Source: Octopus bimaculoides
Lineage: Eukaryota
DNA length: 64,000 bases
Assembly (NCBI RefSeq): GCF_001194135.2
Contig: NC_068982.1
Span: 146,454,137-146,518,136, forward strand
Reading direction: 5' to 3'
In this document: positions 1-14,364 of the stretch, piece after piece
How positions within the stretch are numbered: position 1 is the first letter of the stretch
Layout: every line of letters starts with the position of its first letter
Position numbers and translations under genes: made by a program
The notes under the pieces: generated by a model
Seen by the model: only the letters and a program-made list of their open reading frames with translations
The model's database searches: none
What the model was told of the DNA's origin: nothing

Positions 1-930
1 TTTATTTAGCAGAACTTTCTCATTCCCTTTCTTTTATGTGGACCTTTTTATTGCGACCTTCTTTCAGGCATTTCTCTATTTATCCTCATTTTCTATCGTT
101 TCTTAATTTATTTTTCTTTTGAAGAGTCAAATTTTATTATTTTCATCTTCTTGTCTGTTTGGCAGTAGATATTCGTTTCATTCTCTCTATTTATTAATCG
201 TTCCAGAATTTTTTGGCAAATTTTTTTACATCTAATTCGACAATTTCTTTGAATCTTCTCCTCTGTGTCTTGATAACTGATCTTGTATCATTGTTCATTA
301 ATGTATTCTATCGTGTTTTCTTCATGTTTCTTTATTCTCGGTTTCAATACATGATTCTCCCTTCCTATATCCACCTTCATATTGTTTTCTTTTTGTACTG
401 TTCGTTTTTACACCATCTGCGGTTATGTTTACCGCTACACTTCACTGTTAATACGTATTACCGAGTTAACGTGATCTTGGCATAGTTAAGGAATAGCCAT
501 TATTTTCAATCTGTTTTGAGTACTGCAGGTATATAAAGTCTTGAACGACATGACTAAAATTTAAAATCATCATCTCTATTTACAAGTACTTAACAAAATA
601 TCTCAGAAAAACTCATTTGCTTATGTAAATGACGAAAAACACACTTCAAATTAAAAAGGATACTTTTTTAACATATTGTCTGGATCACAACTCCCATAAA
701 TATATTCAGGGTCAGGATATGTTACAAGGATCAATTTAACTCATATGTAGAGTATTTGTGCGATATCATTTCAGCTAGGAAATGATGACCTAAGGAATTA
801 GAAGACGATACAGGATTCTAATTGCATTTGTTTGATTTCCTTTTATTATTGTAATTCTTTCCTGTACGTTTTCCCTTTTTTTCTTCTTTAATTGCTTTCC
901 CATCTTTCCCTTTCTTTTATTCGTTTTCTT

Positions 931-1125
931 CTTTTATTTGTTTCAGTCATTTGACTGCATCCATGCCGGAGCACCGCCTTTAGTCGAACAAATCCTAGTA
1001 CTTATTCTAAGCCTAGTACTTATTCTATTGATATCTTTTGCCGTACCGCTAATGTTACGGAGATATAAACACACTAACATCGGTTATCAAACGATGCTGG
1101 GGGACAAACACAGACACACAAATGT

Positions 1126-1160
<35 letters not shown>
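931..1160 (-). mobile_element. tRNA-derived SINE family B, 3' half
   Basis: Reverse complement matches the tail of the full copy at 35768-36168 (AAAGGCGGTGCTCC.GCATGG..GCAGTCAAATGACTGAA) plus the internal (TA)/(TG) tract. Confidence 0.85.
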
Positions 1161-1294
1161 AGGATAAGATCGTTATTTAAAAATACTGATCTTATCAGGT
1201 GGCCAGCATGATAATAAAAACCTCAGAGGTAATAATTATTATGAAAATTATACTTTAGGGTATCTAAGAGATACCACCATGCTTGAAATGGCAG

Positions 1295-1409
1295 TCACAC
1301 TTTGACTCTACTGTACGGGTGAAGTAGAAGACACTTGCCCAAGGTGCCATATAGTGGGACTGAATCCTGAATCTTTTGATTAAGAAGCAACTGTTTTTAC
1401 CACGGAGCC
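1295..1409 (-). mobile_element. SINE family B head fragment
   Basis: Reverse complement contains TTCAGTCCCACTATATGGCACCTTGGGCAAGTGTCTTCTAC, homologous to the head and core of 35768-36168. Confidence 0.75.
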
Positions 1410-1529
1410 CTCTTCTACGCCTACACCAACATACATACATACATACATACATACATACATACATACATACATGCACTACATCAACAGGACTAGTGACCTC
1501 TATGACGGTTGATAGTTTTACTTGCCTGT

Positions 1530-1735
1530 CTCAGGTCGGATATTATTGTTTGAGACAGACGAGGAAAACTATCCACCATCACAGGGGTCAGTTGTCCTAC
1601 TGATGTGAATATCTTTTTTAAAATCAAAGACAAAGAAGAAAACAATGGACAACTGCTTCGAAACCTCCAGCTTCTATATCCGGATTACAAATTTACATTT
1701 ATACCAATAATAACTGGAGCACTTGGTTTTGTACT
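1530..1735 (+). mobile_element. Non-LTR retrotransposon remnant, restriction-like endonuclease (RLE) C-terminus
   Basis: Reads RSDIIV*DRRGKLSTITGVSCPTDVNIFFKIKDKEENNGQLLRNLQLLYPDYKFTFIPIITGALGFV: a degenerate RPD motif plus the IPIIxGALG motif shared with the other RLE fragments here; one in-frame stop. Confidence 0.7.
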
Positions 1736-2156
1736 CGGTCATTACGCAAAAATTAATGACCGAGTCCCTACAGGGACGTCAATCAAGTAGAACGCCAAAC
1801 TTAACCAGAAACAGGTTCTTTATCAAAATAAAATGACGTCACGAAATCTATTACCAGTCAAAGCTTGTTCCTATGTACAGAGTAACAAGCAAGTAAGCAA
1901 CCAACCAACTAATCAACCAACCAACCAGCCTACCTACCTAAACATTAATGCCAAAACAAAATCTACTTTAAGACCAAAAACATCCTCCAGAAAGAATATG
2001 ACGTCATCAAAATTATAACAAATCAAAAATTAGATCCTTTCGCGTAAAAACATATATATAGAATATATTCTCTGATTCCCCCAAACAATTCCGTTGAAAG
2101 AGAAGAGCCTAAGACGCAACGGAAAAGAGAACTATATACATACATATATATATATA

Positions 2157-2814
2157 NNNNNNNNNNNNNNNNNNNNNNNNNNNNNNNNNNNNNNNNNNNN
2201 NNNNNNNNNNNNNNNNNNNNNNNNNNNNNNNNNNNNNNNNNNNNNNNNNNNNNNNNNNNNNNNNNNNNNNNNNNNNNNNNNNNNNNNNNNNNNNNNNNNN
2301 NNNNNNNNNNNNNNNNNNNNNNNNNNNNNNNNNNNNNNNNNNNNNNNNNNNNNNNNNNNNNNNNNNNNNNNNNNNNNNNNNNNNNNNNNNNNNNNNNNNN
2401 NNNNNNNNNNNNNNNNNNNNNNNNNNNNNNNNNNNNNNNNNNNNNNNNNNNNNNNNNNNNNNNNNNNNNNNNNNNNNNNNNNNNNNNNNNNNNNNNNNNN
2501 NNNNNNNNNNNNNNNNNNNNNNNNNNNNNNNNNNNNNNNNNNNNNNNNNNNNNNNNNNNNNNNNNNNNNNNNNNNNNNNNNNNNNNNNNNNNNNNNNNNN
2601 NNNNNNNNNNNNNNNNNNNNNNNNNNNNNNNNNNNNNNNNNNNNNNNNNNNNNNNNNNNNNNNNNNNNNNNNNNNNNNNNNNNNNNNNNNNNNNNNNNNN
2701 NNNNNNNNNNNNNNNNNNNNNNNNNNNNNNNNNNNNNNNNNNNNNNNNNNNNNNNNNNNNNNNNNNNNNNNNNNNNNNNNNNNNNNNNNNNNNNNNNNNN
2801 NNNNNNNNNNNNNN
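2157..2814. other. Assembly gap (others: 16177-16519, 17959-18120, 20064-20274, 23245-23467, 29141-29150, 46857-47399, 54004-54384)
   Basis: Runs of N, most bordered by (TA)n. Confidence 1.
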
Positions 2815-2973
2815 TGCTTCATCGCAATGAAAACCGGTTAGAAAAAATCTTCATTAAATTATGCTCCCAATTCAGCATTCTGGCTTTTTTACATTTTCCT
2901 ATATATATATATATATATATAGTATTTCTAATGATCGGGAGAACGGAGATTTTCCACATCTATAATTCTATTT

Positions 2974-3250
2974 CGGTTTCGATTCCCATACCGGGCGTTG
3001 TGTGTGTTTATTGAGCAAAAACACCTAAAGCTCCACGAGGCTCCGGCAGGGGTGGGTGGGGGTCGACTTCTGTTTTACTTTTTCGCCCCAACTTTCTATC
3101 ACTCTTTCTTCTTGTTCCTTGAGTAAAGCTGAGATGGGCTTGCGTCCCGTCCAGCTGTGGTGGGGGAGACAAATACGCCATAGAAACCGGGAAACCGGGC
3201 CCATGCGCCTGGTTAGGCTTTGAAAAAGTGCATAAATAAATAAAAATAAT
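2974..3250 (+). mobile_element. 5'-truncated SINE (family C core, distinct tail)
   Basis: GGTTTCGATTCCCA.ACCGGGCGTTGTG.GTGTTTATTGAGC.AAAACACCTAAAGCTCCACGAGGCTCC is shared with 12785-13170; the 3' part differs and ends in an A-rich (TAAA)n tail. Confidence 0.8.
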
Positions 3251-5150
3251 TCTATTTACAGCATTCTTTCGTAGAGCTACACGCGTTTCAACTGTATCGA
3301 GAGCACTCTGTTATTTACTGCAATTGAAAGTGAAGCTGAAGAGAGCAGCAAGCTGAGTGAATATATATATATTTTTTAGGAAGTATTGGTGTTACTAAAA
3401 ATAGTTGTATTATCCATGGTTCACCTCAGCTACGTTTGGAAGATGAAGCGAGATACAGTCTTATAAATAGGTCCAGGTTAGATAAACAAAGATTTGTGCA
3501 GATTTATTAGTACTATGAAAAATGTTTATCATTCTACTCATTTCAAGGAAAATATTTTTTTAGAAGTACTCAATTTTGATTTATTATATGTTTTTTGTTT
3601 TTATTTTCACAATTGTTATTCTAGTACCTTATAACTGGTGTAATGTAACGGTATGTATGTAGCACATGCAGGATTAATACCCTTCGCACTACACTTGCTA
3701 GGTTGCCTATCAAAACCGTTCAACTCAATTCAGCAAATGTCAGTGAAGTAAATATGGTCTAAGGGAAGAAAGGCTTTGCTCGCGAATATGCAGGATTATA
3801 GCCAGTTCCTTGCAATGCGCAGCAACTACGTGGTGACATTACTAATAAAATCATTACTACTGCACATGGAATTCAGTAAAATCAGTTTAATTTCATGTGC
3901 TAATAACACGTCAATCAAATCGATGATATCTTATTTTTTTCTATGACGTCTTATATCCTTTCATTCTTCTGTTTCCTGCCTGGTGCATTCTAAATTTCAC
4001 TCTCACACTTATAATTTTTTTTTTTAATTATCGCCCTTTCATATTTGCATGTTTATATTTTAGTTTTGTTTATTTCATTTTCTCTCGATTCATTCAATCC
4101 TAATTTTCATTCAATTTTAATTTGTTTTCATTAATTTATTCATCCTTTCTTACGTTCCGGTTCTTTTTTTTTTTTTTGCTTTCCATAATGTTTGTTTTGT
4201 TTTGTTATTTTTCCCCGCTTTTCGCTCCTCCTTTTACATTTATCAATATAAGTTTTTCTCTCACTTTCTCTTCAACCTCATTCATATTATAACTACCAAT
4301 CACAATTCCTTCTTTTCTGGCACAATATTTTTTTCACAACCAGTAATGCTGCTTCTTCATTGACGATTTAATACAAGAAGAACTATTATGAAGTTATTCT
4401 ACGCCAGCATTACATATTTTCAATCATGAATTCTTCGATACTCTTTTATTATCGCAAACATCTTCATTTTCCCCTGTACCTTGTCCAACATTATTACTTC
4501 AATTTTGGAAGAATAATGGTAAATCTATATCTTTCGAAACTATATCCCATTCGTTTTCCAGGAGATACGTCCACAAAATAAATATCTGTGTTGACAACCA
4601 ATTATTCTAAAGTCACCTTATTCTATTATTTTCTTTTTTGCTTTCTTCTTGTGACCCCCGTAGTTACAGACTTTATAGCTATAGACTTTCTTCTGTCAGC
4701 TCAGTGCTATATGGGGACTTTAATAGACAATAGATCTTTCATTCCTTGAAATTACTACTGTACACAATGGCTCATTTGACACAGTTTCAGTCAATTTGCT
4801 TTTATCGTTGGTGTTTCTGAGAGTTACTGTCCGTCTTTATTAATCATTAATGGGATATGCGTAGCGATAAAGTTCATAATCACACAGATAGATGAATTAG
4901 AAATCGGATTTGTGGCGTATTTGATTTTCCCACCGGCATTAGCGAAGCAAAGCAAACGAAATAGCAGCATTACACAATTACAAACTGGATCCATGTTTAG
5001 CTTACCCGGGTGTTCACGCATATATTCGTCTGTCTATGTGAGTTCTAAGTGGTTATGTGTGTTTATGTGGGTGTGTGTTTGTGTATGTGTCTATACATAT
5101 ATTAAAATCTAGCCAGCTAGCTATACATGCGTATATGGATATATGGATGT

Positions 5151-5151
<1 letters not shown>

Positions 5152-5231
<80 letters not shown>
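5152..5231. repeat. (CA)n microsatellite
   Basis: About 40 uninterrupted CA units. Confidence 0.95.
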
Positions 5232-5235
<4 letters not shown>

Positions 5236-6445
5236 AAGTTGGAAGATCGTTTGTCGTGGCCGGTCAGAGTGTGACCATTGTTTCCACACCTATAAAGCCC
5301 TTAGTTGTAGAGGCGACTCGTCAGATTGAAATAGCTGATGTCACATAAACTCAAAAATTGGAGGGAACAAACTGTCATGGTCAGTTAATTTTGTAAGCCA
5401 AAATATTTCGGATCGAATCTCTCCTGGCAAAACTTTGGGCGAGACGAAGTTATCCCCCTTATGATCGGCTCTAATTATGTCCGTAAGAGTGCATGTAAGT
5501 GCGTGCGTGCAACTTCTAATCTAATTCCGTATACAATAGTTATTTCCTACTACGAACAATTCTGCTTAATTTTTAGCTCATCTTCGCTTTTTTTATGATT
5601 GCCCTTCTGATTTATTAAGCATGCAACCTAAAATACAACGAGCATAATCTAATTTTTAAAGCGTTTTTAATGGATATTAGGGGAAAGAAGTTCTGAGCAC
5701 ATGATCCTTTATTTTTAGAGACTGAGAAAGTGATGCCCGGGAGACAATAATTTTTACACAAAACGGAAATCTGACCAGAATATTTACAACAGAATAAAAA
5801 GCCTTTCACAAATCAGTTGGTGGTCTTAACTGGTCTACAGGTTAGTTCTATATCAAAACTACTCTAAAAAGAGGAAAAATAGGAAAATCTTACTTGTTAG
5901 CCGACACTAAAATTTCCACAAATCAACTGCCCTTGTGTAGAATCCCAGAAATCATAAAAGCAAAGTCGACATCGACTGGCATTGCAGGAATATTATTTCG
6001 AATTATCATTTTACTCATTAGTGAAAGATTTTCATTATCAAAACACAACAAATATTAACATCCTCATTAGAAGAATAAGTTTTAAAGTACAAAATCATTT
6101 ATCTTATTTTAATAACAGTATGGAGGAGAAAAAATATACGGTGGGTTTGCAAGAGATACGAACGCCAAGACAGATACACAAGACCGGTGGTTATGGATGA
6201 GGAGGAGTAACTGTAAGATAGAGATAGAAGCATTTATATGCGCAGTTCAAAAACGAAATAAATATGGTTAGTACTTGCCGTCATAAGAATTTATAAAATT
6301 TTGAGAGAACCTGAAATAATTTTGGAGAGAATTGTATCTCGTACCACATAAATCTTATAAATAGTATGTAAATATTGAGTTATTAAAACACTTTAGGATA
6401 TCGAAATTTTTCAAATCGAACACAATACCTGCTATTATTTATAAC

Positions 6446-7465
6446 ATTTATGCGCCTATGACAACAGGTATTGTCTGAGTCTTCAGGTTCCACATTTTGC
6501 CAATTTCTATTGCAAGATCTTTACACTTGCTCAATTTTTGGTAGGTCTTGACAGAAACATGTATGTCGATTGAGACAGTCATATCAATGACGAGGCATGA
6601 TTTTTGTCTGAAGTCTTTCAATATAGTGCCTGGCCTATTTGCATCTATCTTTTTGTCAGTTTTAATGGTGAAGTTCCAAAAGAGTGAGATGTGATCACTT
6701 TGAAGCACTGGTGGTGGTTTGTGTTCCCACCAGTTTTTATCATGAGGCAGGTTCAAGTTTTGCAAATTACCCAGTGAATATACTGTGCTGCTCTATCATG
6801 CCTGTTGAAATACTCTGTAAGCAAAAGAAGACTACACATGAAGACAACATGATCAATGGTTTCATTTTGCTGTTGACATACACGATATGTTGGGCTACTG
6901 CCGTTCTTTAGTATGCTGGCCTGGTAGTTTATTGTAGGTAGGCATTGATCTTGGGCTACTAAGATAAACCCTTCTGCTTCTGATTTTAAGCCAGAAGGTA
7001 CTAACTATTGATGGGTAAGGGCTTTGTCAACATCGGCTCTATTATCTCTCTTTGGGTATTTGCCATTGAGATGTTTTTCTTGCCATTTATCAGTAAGAAT
7101 ATCTAAGGCAGCAGTTTAAGAACGGGTTTTCATGCGCTTAACTTAGATATTCCTTTGCCTGTTTTATTACTGTGTATGATGCTTTCCTTTTTTCATGCTT
7201 TGAGACAAGTTTTAACCTCTAGTCATCAGAGATTTTCAGGTAGGTGTCTAGGCCAATTGCGGCAGTATTCAATGTTAATTCCAGTTATAAATGTCCACGG
7301 CCACCCTCTTTTCTTGGCAGGTAAATTTGTTCTCTATCTGCCTTAGGCTGGTGCATTCTATGCATTGTCTACAGTTTTCGTATTTTTCTGACAAGATTAC
7401 ATATTTCAGTAATTGACCAGTTAATGATATTGAAACTGTGAGTCACGACTGGTATGGCTAAAATA
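6446..7465 (-). mobile_element. R4/Dong-like RLE non-LTR retrotransposon fragment (post-RT region, CCHC knuckle, RLE)
   Basis: Translates to ...IYLPRKEGGRG...KWQEKHLNGKYP...GLKSEAEGFILVAQDQCLPT...YRVCQQQNETIDHVV...WWEHKP...LFWNFTIKTDKKIDANRPG...IDMTV...MWNLKTQTIPVVIGA, with stops and frameshifts. Confidence 0.9.
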
Positions 7466-10400
7466 TTGATTGTTTTCTTTCTCAATTAAGACTATATCTG
7501 GCTTCGTATTCTCTATCTCATGATATATTTTCATCCTCCAAACAATTTTTAGTATGTTTCTTAATATAATATGCAATACAACCTTAACATCCCCTGAGTT
7601 ACCAGTAATGCAATGATAAGTAAATTACATATCCTCCTGTTAATATCTCATTTTTTATGGATTACAATGCAATCGAACTGTTTATCTTAAATCATTTTAG
7701 AATTTATGTTATCGATTTCGATAGTAAAAGCCAAACTGAAAAACCGAGATCTTTAAATTTATTGGGCATACATTGTTAAAGGTGAAGAACAAGTTCGCAA
7801 CAACTTGATCTTCACATCAATTGATTTTAATAAGAAAGTATCTTCATTATAATTTATAATTGTCTTATTTCACTTGCGATCAATTATGTGTAGTTTAAAT
7901 TACTGTTTAACCTTTTTAATTGATTTGGGAAATAATTTAGGTGAAAAGTACTTAGCAAAACGCAAGAGGCTGGACATTGCATGAAGTGTGGAGTGTAAAG
8001 TAACGGAAACTTGTTTAGTATAAGATCTATAGCGTAATTATTTTTTTCTTCTAATTAAGATGCAGATATTTAAAATTAATCTTGATATTAAGTGACAGCA
8101 TAAAGTCTAATATTGATTGTAATTATATACTTCGTTTCGAATATTGAGGTTTCCTTTGCGAGTAGAATGCTATAATCACAATGTTTTAATGGTCTAGTGT
8201 GACGGCTTTCAAGCTTAATGATTTCTAGGATTCTATTAACATTATTACTTTTGGTGTTAAGTGGATTTTTCACGTCTTCAATTATCGAGCCAGAAAAAAA
8301 AATGTAAGAAATATTTCAATAAAAGGTCAATTCCATCGAAAAGTTTTGAAAAACTAATTAGCATATTTGTCAGTGTGCAAGACTCACTCTCGCATAAGAT
8401 GCACCTCCATTTTACAATTATATTTCGTGGAAGAACTAAATTTACTATATTGCATCATACATTTATTGAAAGCTATTTTCTTATGGTTATGAAGGTGGAA
8501 ATCTATGATTCTAAGCATATGAATTCAATGTTTGACAGTATACTGGAATAAATTATAAAATAATAAATTCATGATGCATAAGGTACATTATACGAGTACA
8601 GTGTTTCAGCTTTATCTCTTTTCACATCGACTGTATATTTGTTTATATTTTGGTCTGGAGAATTGTCATATAGTACGTAAAACTAACTCGTATTTCTGCC
8701 TATGATATTTTGTTAACGCGAACAACCATCAGTGAGACACCATCGCTATGATTTTATTGTTATCCACTCATTGTAAATAACTGAAAGGTGAATGAAAGTT
8801 TAATATTCCTCTTCTCTTTCTAGGAGAATTTTCCTTTAGATAATTTTAAAAGATTCTTATGAGTAACACAGTTAATAAATAATGCAAACATATATTTAGT
8901 ATGGATTTTGTTTACTGGGGAGGGAAGGAAGGAGATATAATGAGATAATGTGTCTTTTCTATATAGCGGCACATATACTACAAGCAACTTTTCGAAAGTT
9001 TGTGCTAACGGATTGTGAAGTTTGGGGCAGTTTCCAATATTTTATTTTTAGTTACAATTGTTGTGCCTTACGAACTTATACTCAACCTTCACTGTATCCC
9101 AAACATTCGGGCTCTCATCCGTAATACAGTCACAAAGCTATCGTTTCGATACATTTGAAAATATACAGATTGTCTCTTGTATGCCAGTTAATACGGTACT
9201 TAGCAGTTCCCGGATTGAATAGTAATCAAACTTTTGTTATCAGTTGGTTTGAAGAAGTAGTATTGGTGACAGAAAGTCAATTTTGTCCATTTCGGCAAGT
9301 TAAATAATTAAAATTTGCAGCCATTTATTTCATGGGAGCTTGTTTTATTTTTCGTCAACTCAACCAACTGAAGATTGAGTTGCAAAGCAGTACATTTACA
9401 ATGTTCAAAAAATCTATTTTCCTCTGAATTTTTGATTGGGCAATCGGTTATAAATAACAGAGCAATCATTTCTTTCACTAGTTTCAAGAAAGCCTTTTCA
9501 GTACCATTACAGTCATATTCTCGTCAGATTATTTCTTTCTTTTATGCAACCTTCAACCACTTTTAGATTATTCTCCAATTTTATATTTGCCACTTTAGTA
9601 TCTATTGTATTCAAATACAAGTCATAGATTTGACATTTATTCATGTGCTAACAACGAGATTCAAGACATAATAAGCATTCGATGCTAAATTTAAAGTGCT
9701 CAATGTAAAGTGAAACATAGTTCAGTAACAATAATATAGGTAAATGGAGAAAATGACATTGCAGCTGATAAACAGTTATTATAAATTCATAAACTAATAC
9801 ATGTTATGAAATGTGAATGTTACCGGATAATTCAGAAGGTAAACTAGTATTATATTTGTGTGTCTCTGAAAATCTACAATGTATTAGTGATATTTTTGAA
9901 GTGGAACTTCCAGAAACAATTTTCATTACTATTATATCTATTCATTGACAGCTGTTGACTTCTTTTTGATACCGAGAACCGCAGAGGGATTTATCAAAAT
10001 TCTTCCTCGTTATATTTGTTTGATTTTCTCTAGAAAAATAAAAATTTATTTCATCGTATACAGCATTATTGCGCTTAAACTTCAGCAAATATAATATTTG
10101 AAGAAAAGGAACACTGTGTTCAGTCTAGTAATTTCTTGCTTCGAGACACTGCGTCTCCTATAGAGCTAAATCCCGTTTCCTTTGAAGTTAATTCACGTCT
10201 ACTTTGGCGGTATTTCAACACGTTTTATAGAAAATATGTTGACCTTATAAAACTGTACTTAAATCTTTTTATGTCCGAAATAATCCAATGAATTTGACAA
10301 TATTCGATTTTGGACATTTTAACTGCTTGATAGCCACTCAGTTAAATAATTTGTTTTGTATATAATCGTTGGGCTGTCTTCCCAATCATTCACTTTTAAT

Positions 10401-12784
10401 GCTGAATGTAATAGCACATACCCTACGTTGATAAGTGATTACTTCTGATCAATAACATTGCTCTGTATTTACTTTTATTGTGTACATCAACGAAATTTAT
10501 TCCTATCATCGAAATAATCCAGAAGCTAGTTTTGAACTGTAATCTAATCATCAAACATTTGTATGAAACTAAATCTAAATGTTATTTGCCAGGATAAATA
10601 CAGATATTGAAAGCACATTGCCAATTCCGTTTTAGAGAATTATATAACTGTGAGTTAAATAAATGAAAATAGTCTGAAAGTATAGTAACCAAAGATTTAT
10701 TATCTTTTGTTCTCTGAATTGGAATATACAGGTAATTCCGAATGTCAATGCTTCGCAGTTTAAGTTAATTCGTACGTATTGATAACGAAACTTTTCAGCA
10801 AAGTTAGATTTTTATGCCGATATTGCATATCCTGTGCTAATGATTTCCATAAGACAGATAAGTTTCAACGAATGTGGGCTATAGGATTGTTCGTTGGTAA
10901 ATGCTGATTAATGTATGCTGCCATAACAGTTTTGAAAGTATAATATTCTATGATAGATGCTGTAGGTGAAAGTCTGTGTTGTACATAAACAAGTATACAC
11001 ATACATATAATTCGTATGTTTGTAAAATATCAGGAACAGTCGAAGCAGAAGATGCAGCCTCCATCCTGTGATTATCATTTTGCTCCAAATTGATCAAAAA
11101 TATCTAAGATTTGTATACATACATTATTCTTGATTATGTACGACCTTACTGTTTAAAGCAAGCAATTTTGGACAATCTATACTGTTTAGTATTTAGACAG
11201 AATCATGATAGCTGCATCTAGCATAATTTCATTCTCAGAATCAGATGTATGGTGTTCACTGATTTTTCTTTCTGTAAACACTATCATTAAGTTACAGATT
11301 ACATATAAAGTAGGTTTCTTATGTGAATAACAGTGTGTGTACTTATATGCGTGCATGCGCGCGCATATGTAGGTAAACTGATTTTTCAATAGTTATTTAC
11401 TGTGACATTTGTTTGACGCTTTTCAGACTATTTCACATCCTTCTTAACATATTTGCTAGATTTTGTCACGCTTCTAATCTCCCTTAATAGGAAAACAATT
11501 CTATCATAATTAAATGGTAATAGTTCAGTTTTATCTTTCTAAATCAAAGCCTTAATTGCTAAACACTGGCGTTCCATTACCCATATTCTGGGGGATCCAG
11601 TGCATAGGCAAGCAAGGGTTTCATTGTAATCATATCTCACACACGTATTAAATTCAAGGAGTGTGCCAAGATTCTTGATATTCTGCGAGAAAAAAATTAT
11701 TTTCAGAAACTTCGTCATATAAAGCGGATCATTATACCCTAAATTTCATCAAACTTCAGTGACATCCTGGAATTTTTAATAATATATCCTTCCAATTTCC
11801 GGATAATCAGCAAATTGTATAACAAATTTTAATCTCTTTTCCACCCTGTACGCGCGCGCGCGCACAAACAAACACACACACAAATACTTCTCTCACACTC
11901 TCTCTCTCTTTATTTGTCCGTCTGTCTATTTGTATATGAATGTATATATACAAATATATAGCACAAGAAAGTTACAGACAGATAGATAGGTTATTAGAAA
12001 TACAATTGCGGGTAAATTTAATGTAGTAATTATGAAGAAATTATTATGTAACAATGTGTTGTGCGATATTAGAAAATAGAGACAGCAAACAACTATCAGG
12101 CGAGAAATCGATTACTAATAACAATAGCTGTGAAGTGAATTGTTTCAAAATAAATAAATAAATAAATAGATAAATGAATAAGCAAAAATAAGTAAATGAA
12201 TAAATAAATAAATAAGCAAAAAAGAAGTAAATAAATAGATAAATAAATAAATAAAGAGTAATGGGAAGATAATTTTGTAAAGGTAAATTTGTTAGATAAA
12301 AATTTGTTAAGGTCGAAATTTTGTGTTTCTATCGAGTCGAAGTCCATTTCATTGTAATATTACCAGACACATTAAGCAAGTTTAAGTTCTTTAGGTTTTA
12401 TCAAAGGACATCATTTCAGTATGATATAGCTGCGTTAATAATATCTAAGTAAATTTGTGGTAACGTGAAAAGTAGAATGAATGACAGAATTGACACAGAA
12501 TTAGTGGAGTGGCTTGCGTCATTCGTGCCGTTTTACGTTGTGAATTTATGTTCTTTTATTTTCTTAAACGTTTCAGTTATTAGACTGCGACCATGCTGGG
12601 ACACCAACTTGAAGAATTTTAGTCGAACGAATCTACTTTAGCACTTATTTCTTAAAACCTAGTACTTATTCTGTCGGTCTTTTTACCGAATCGCCAACGT
12701 ACGGTACCATAAATACACCAGCACTGGTTTTCAAGCGGTGGTGGGAGGGCAGACATTGATAGATATTCACATAAATAAACACAC

Positions 12785-13170
12785 TTGTTGTTGGCACTCC
12801 GTCGCTTACGACGTCCAGGGTTCCAGTTGATCCGATCAATGGAACAGCCTGCTCGTGAAATTAACGTGCAAGTGGCTGAGCACTCCACAGACACGTGTAC
12901 CCTTGACGTAGTTCTCGGGGATATTCAGCGTGACACAGTGTGACAAGGCTGACCCTTTGAATTACAGGCACAACAGAAACAGGAAGTAAGAGTGAGAGAA
13001 AGTTGTGGTGAAAAAGTACAGCAGAGTTCGCCACCATCCCCTGCTGGAGCCTCGTGGAGCTTTAGGTGTTTTCGCTCAATAAACACTCACAACGCCCGGT
13101 CTGGGAATCGAAACCGCGATCCTATGACCGCGAGTCCGCTGCCCTAACCTCTGGGCCATTGCGCCTCCAC
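12785..13170 (-). mobile_element. Full-length tRNA-derived SINE family C
   Basis: A-box-like TGGCCCAGAGG and B-box-like GGTTTCGATTCCC on the minus strand, (CAA)n end, and an imperfect flanking duplication AAATAAA(C/T)AC. Confidence 0.9.
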
Positions 13171-13216
13171 AAATAAATACCCCCCCACACACACACACAC
13201 ACAAATATTTATATAT

Positions 13217-13362
13217 TCGACGTGCTTTCAGTTTCGTCTACCAAATCCACTCACAAGGCTTTGGTCGGTCCGAAGTTAAAGTGAACGACACTTGCCGAAC
13301 GTTTCACACCCAGGAACTGAACACAGGACCATGTGGCTTAGAAGCAAGCTTCTTTCAACACA
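13217..13362 (-). mobile_element. SINE family B, 5' part
   Basis: Homologous to 27041-27161 and 35768-35920 (GACCAAAGCCTTGTGAGTGGATTTGGTAGACG). Confidence 0.85.
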
Positions 13363-14364
13363 ATTATTATATACAGTGAGTTCAACGTCTTCTTTCTGTA
13401 ATGCTAATATTCGTTGATTTAGTTATCTATATCTCACCCTATTGGCATACAAATATGAATATATGTGGCCGCGAGCCCATGTTGACGCAAAAGGTACCAC
13501 TATAATTAGCGAGTTGTTCTTTCTTTTCGTGAATTTAATCAAATAAATACTAATCAATGAATTTTGAATTAAATTAATTTACATAATTCAGATATTGTGT
13601 CCCACAACACAAATTTTGCATAAATTCGATTTGTTTCATGCTGTTTATGGAAGAAAATAATGCCGAACACTCCTTTATTATTTAACAACTTCCAGTTACA
13701 TCTGCAACAATCCAATCCTTATAAGTGCTAGCTAGTCTTTATTTAATCCATCTTAAAAAATACCATATCAATACCGCACTCTTCTCTTACTCCAACTGAG
13801 TTACAAAGGCTGTAATTGAACCTACGCTAGTGTATTACTTATGCACGTGAGAAAGAACTCTGACAACAAGCACAATAATTATTAGTGGCACCCACCACAC
13901 CCTCCTTCCCCAATTCTGAAAAGCAGTCATTCATTGACCACCGCGCAGCAGCATCTTATATATCACTTATATCGCATCTATAATGATTTTATGCGTCTTT
14001 TTCTATTTGGTTATCATCTCCACATAGGCTTTCTCGTACATTATTTATTTTATCGTCTTCATTCACCTATATTGCATTTTACCCAATACCCTATAAAAAA
14101 CGCTGTGTTGCTTCTTTATAATTCATAAGGTCATCTAACTTGAAAACCAACATAGTCAATATTTTCCTTTCAGCTAATAAGAATTCAAACTGCACATTAA
14201 TCTTAATAACTACCTACGAATATTGCTGCCTTCCAGTAGATACGAGGAAATCGTAAAAGTCTTTGACTAGATTTTCTCTTCTAAATATTAATGAATTCAA
14301 ATAGTATTAATTGCAGAATATTTTTAACTGAAGAATATATGCATTGAAACTGAAGAAGCAGAGA

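Noticed and set aside
1-480. Purine-rich broken minus-strand frame, similar in style to 36560-36960
   Set aside because: Several stops and no recognisable motif; no family can be assigned by eye.
2815-2845. GAAA-ACCGGU-UA half of a hammerhead-like motif
   Set aside because: The core and stem I would lie in the N-gap; kept only as supporting evidence.
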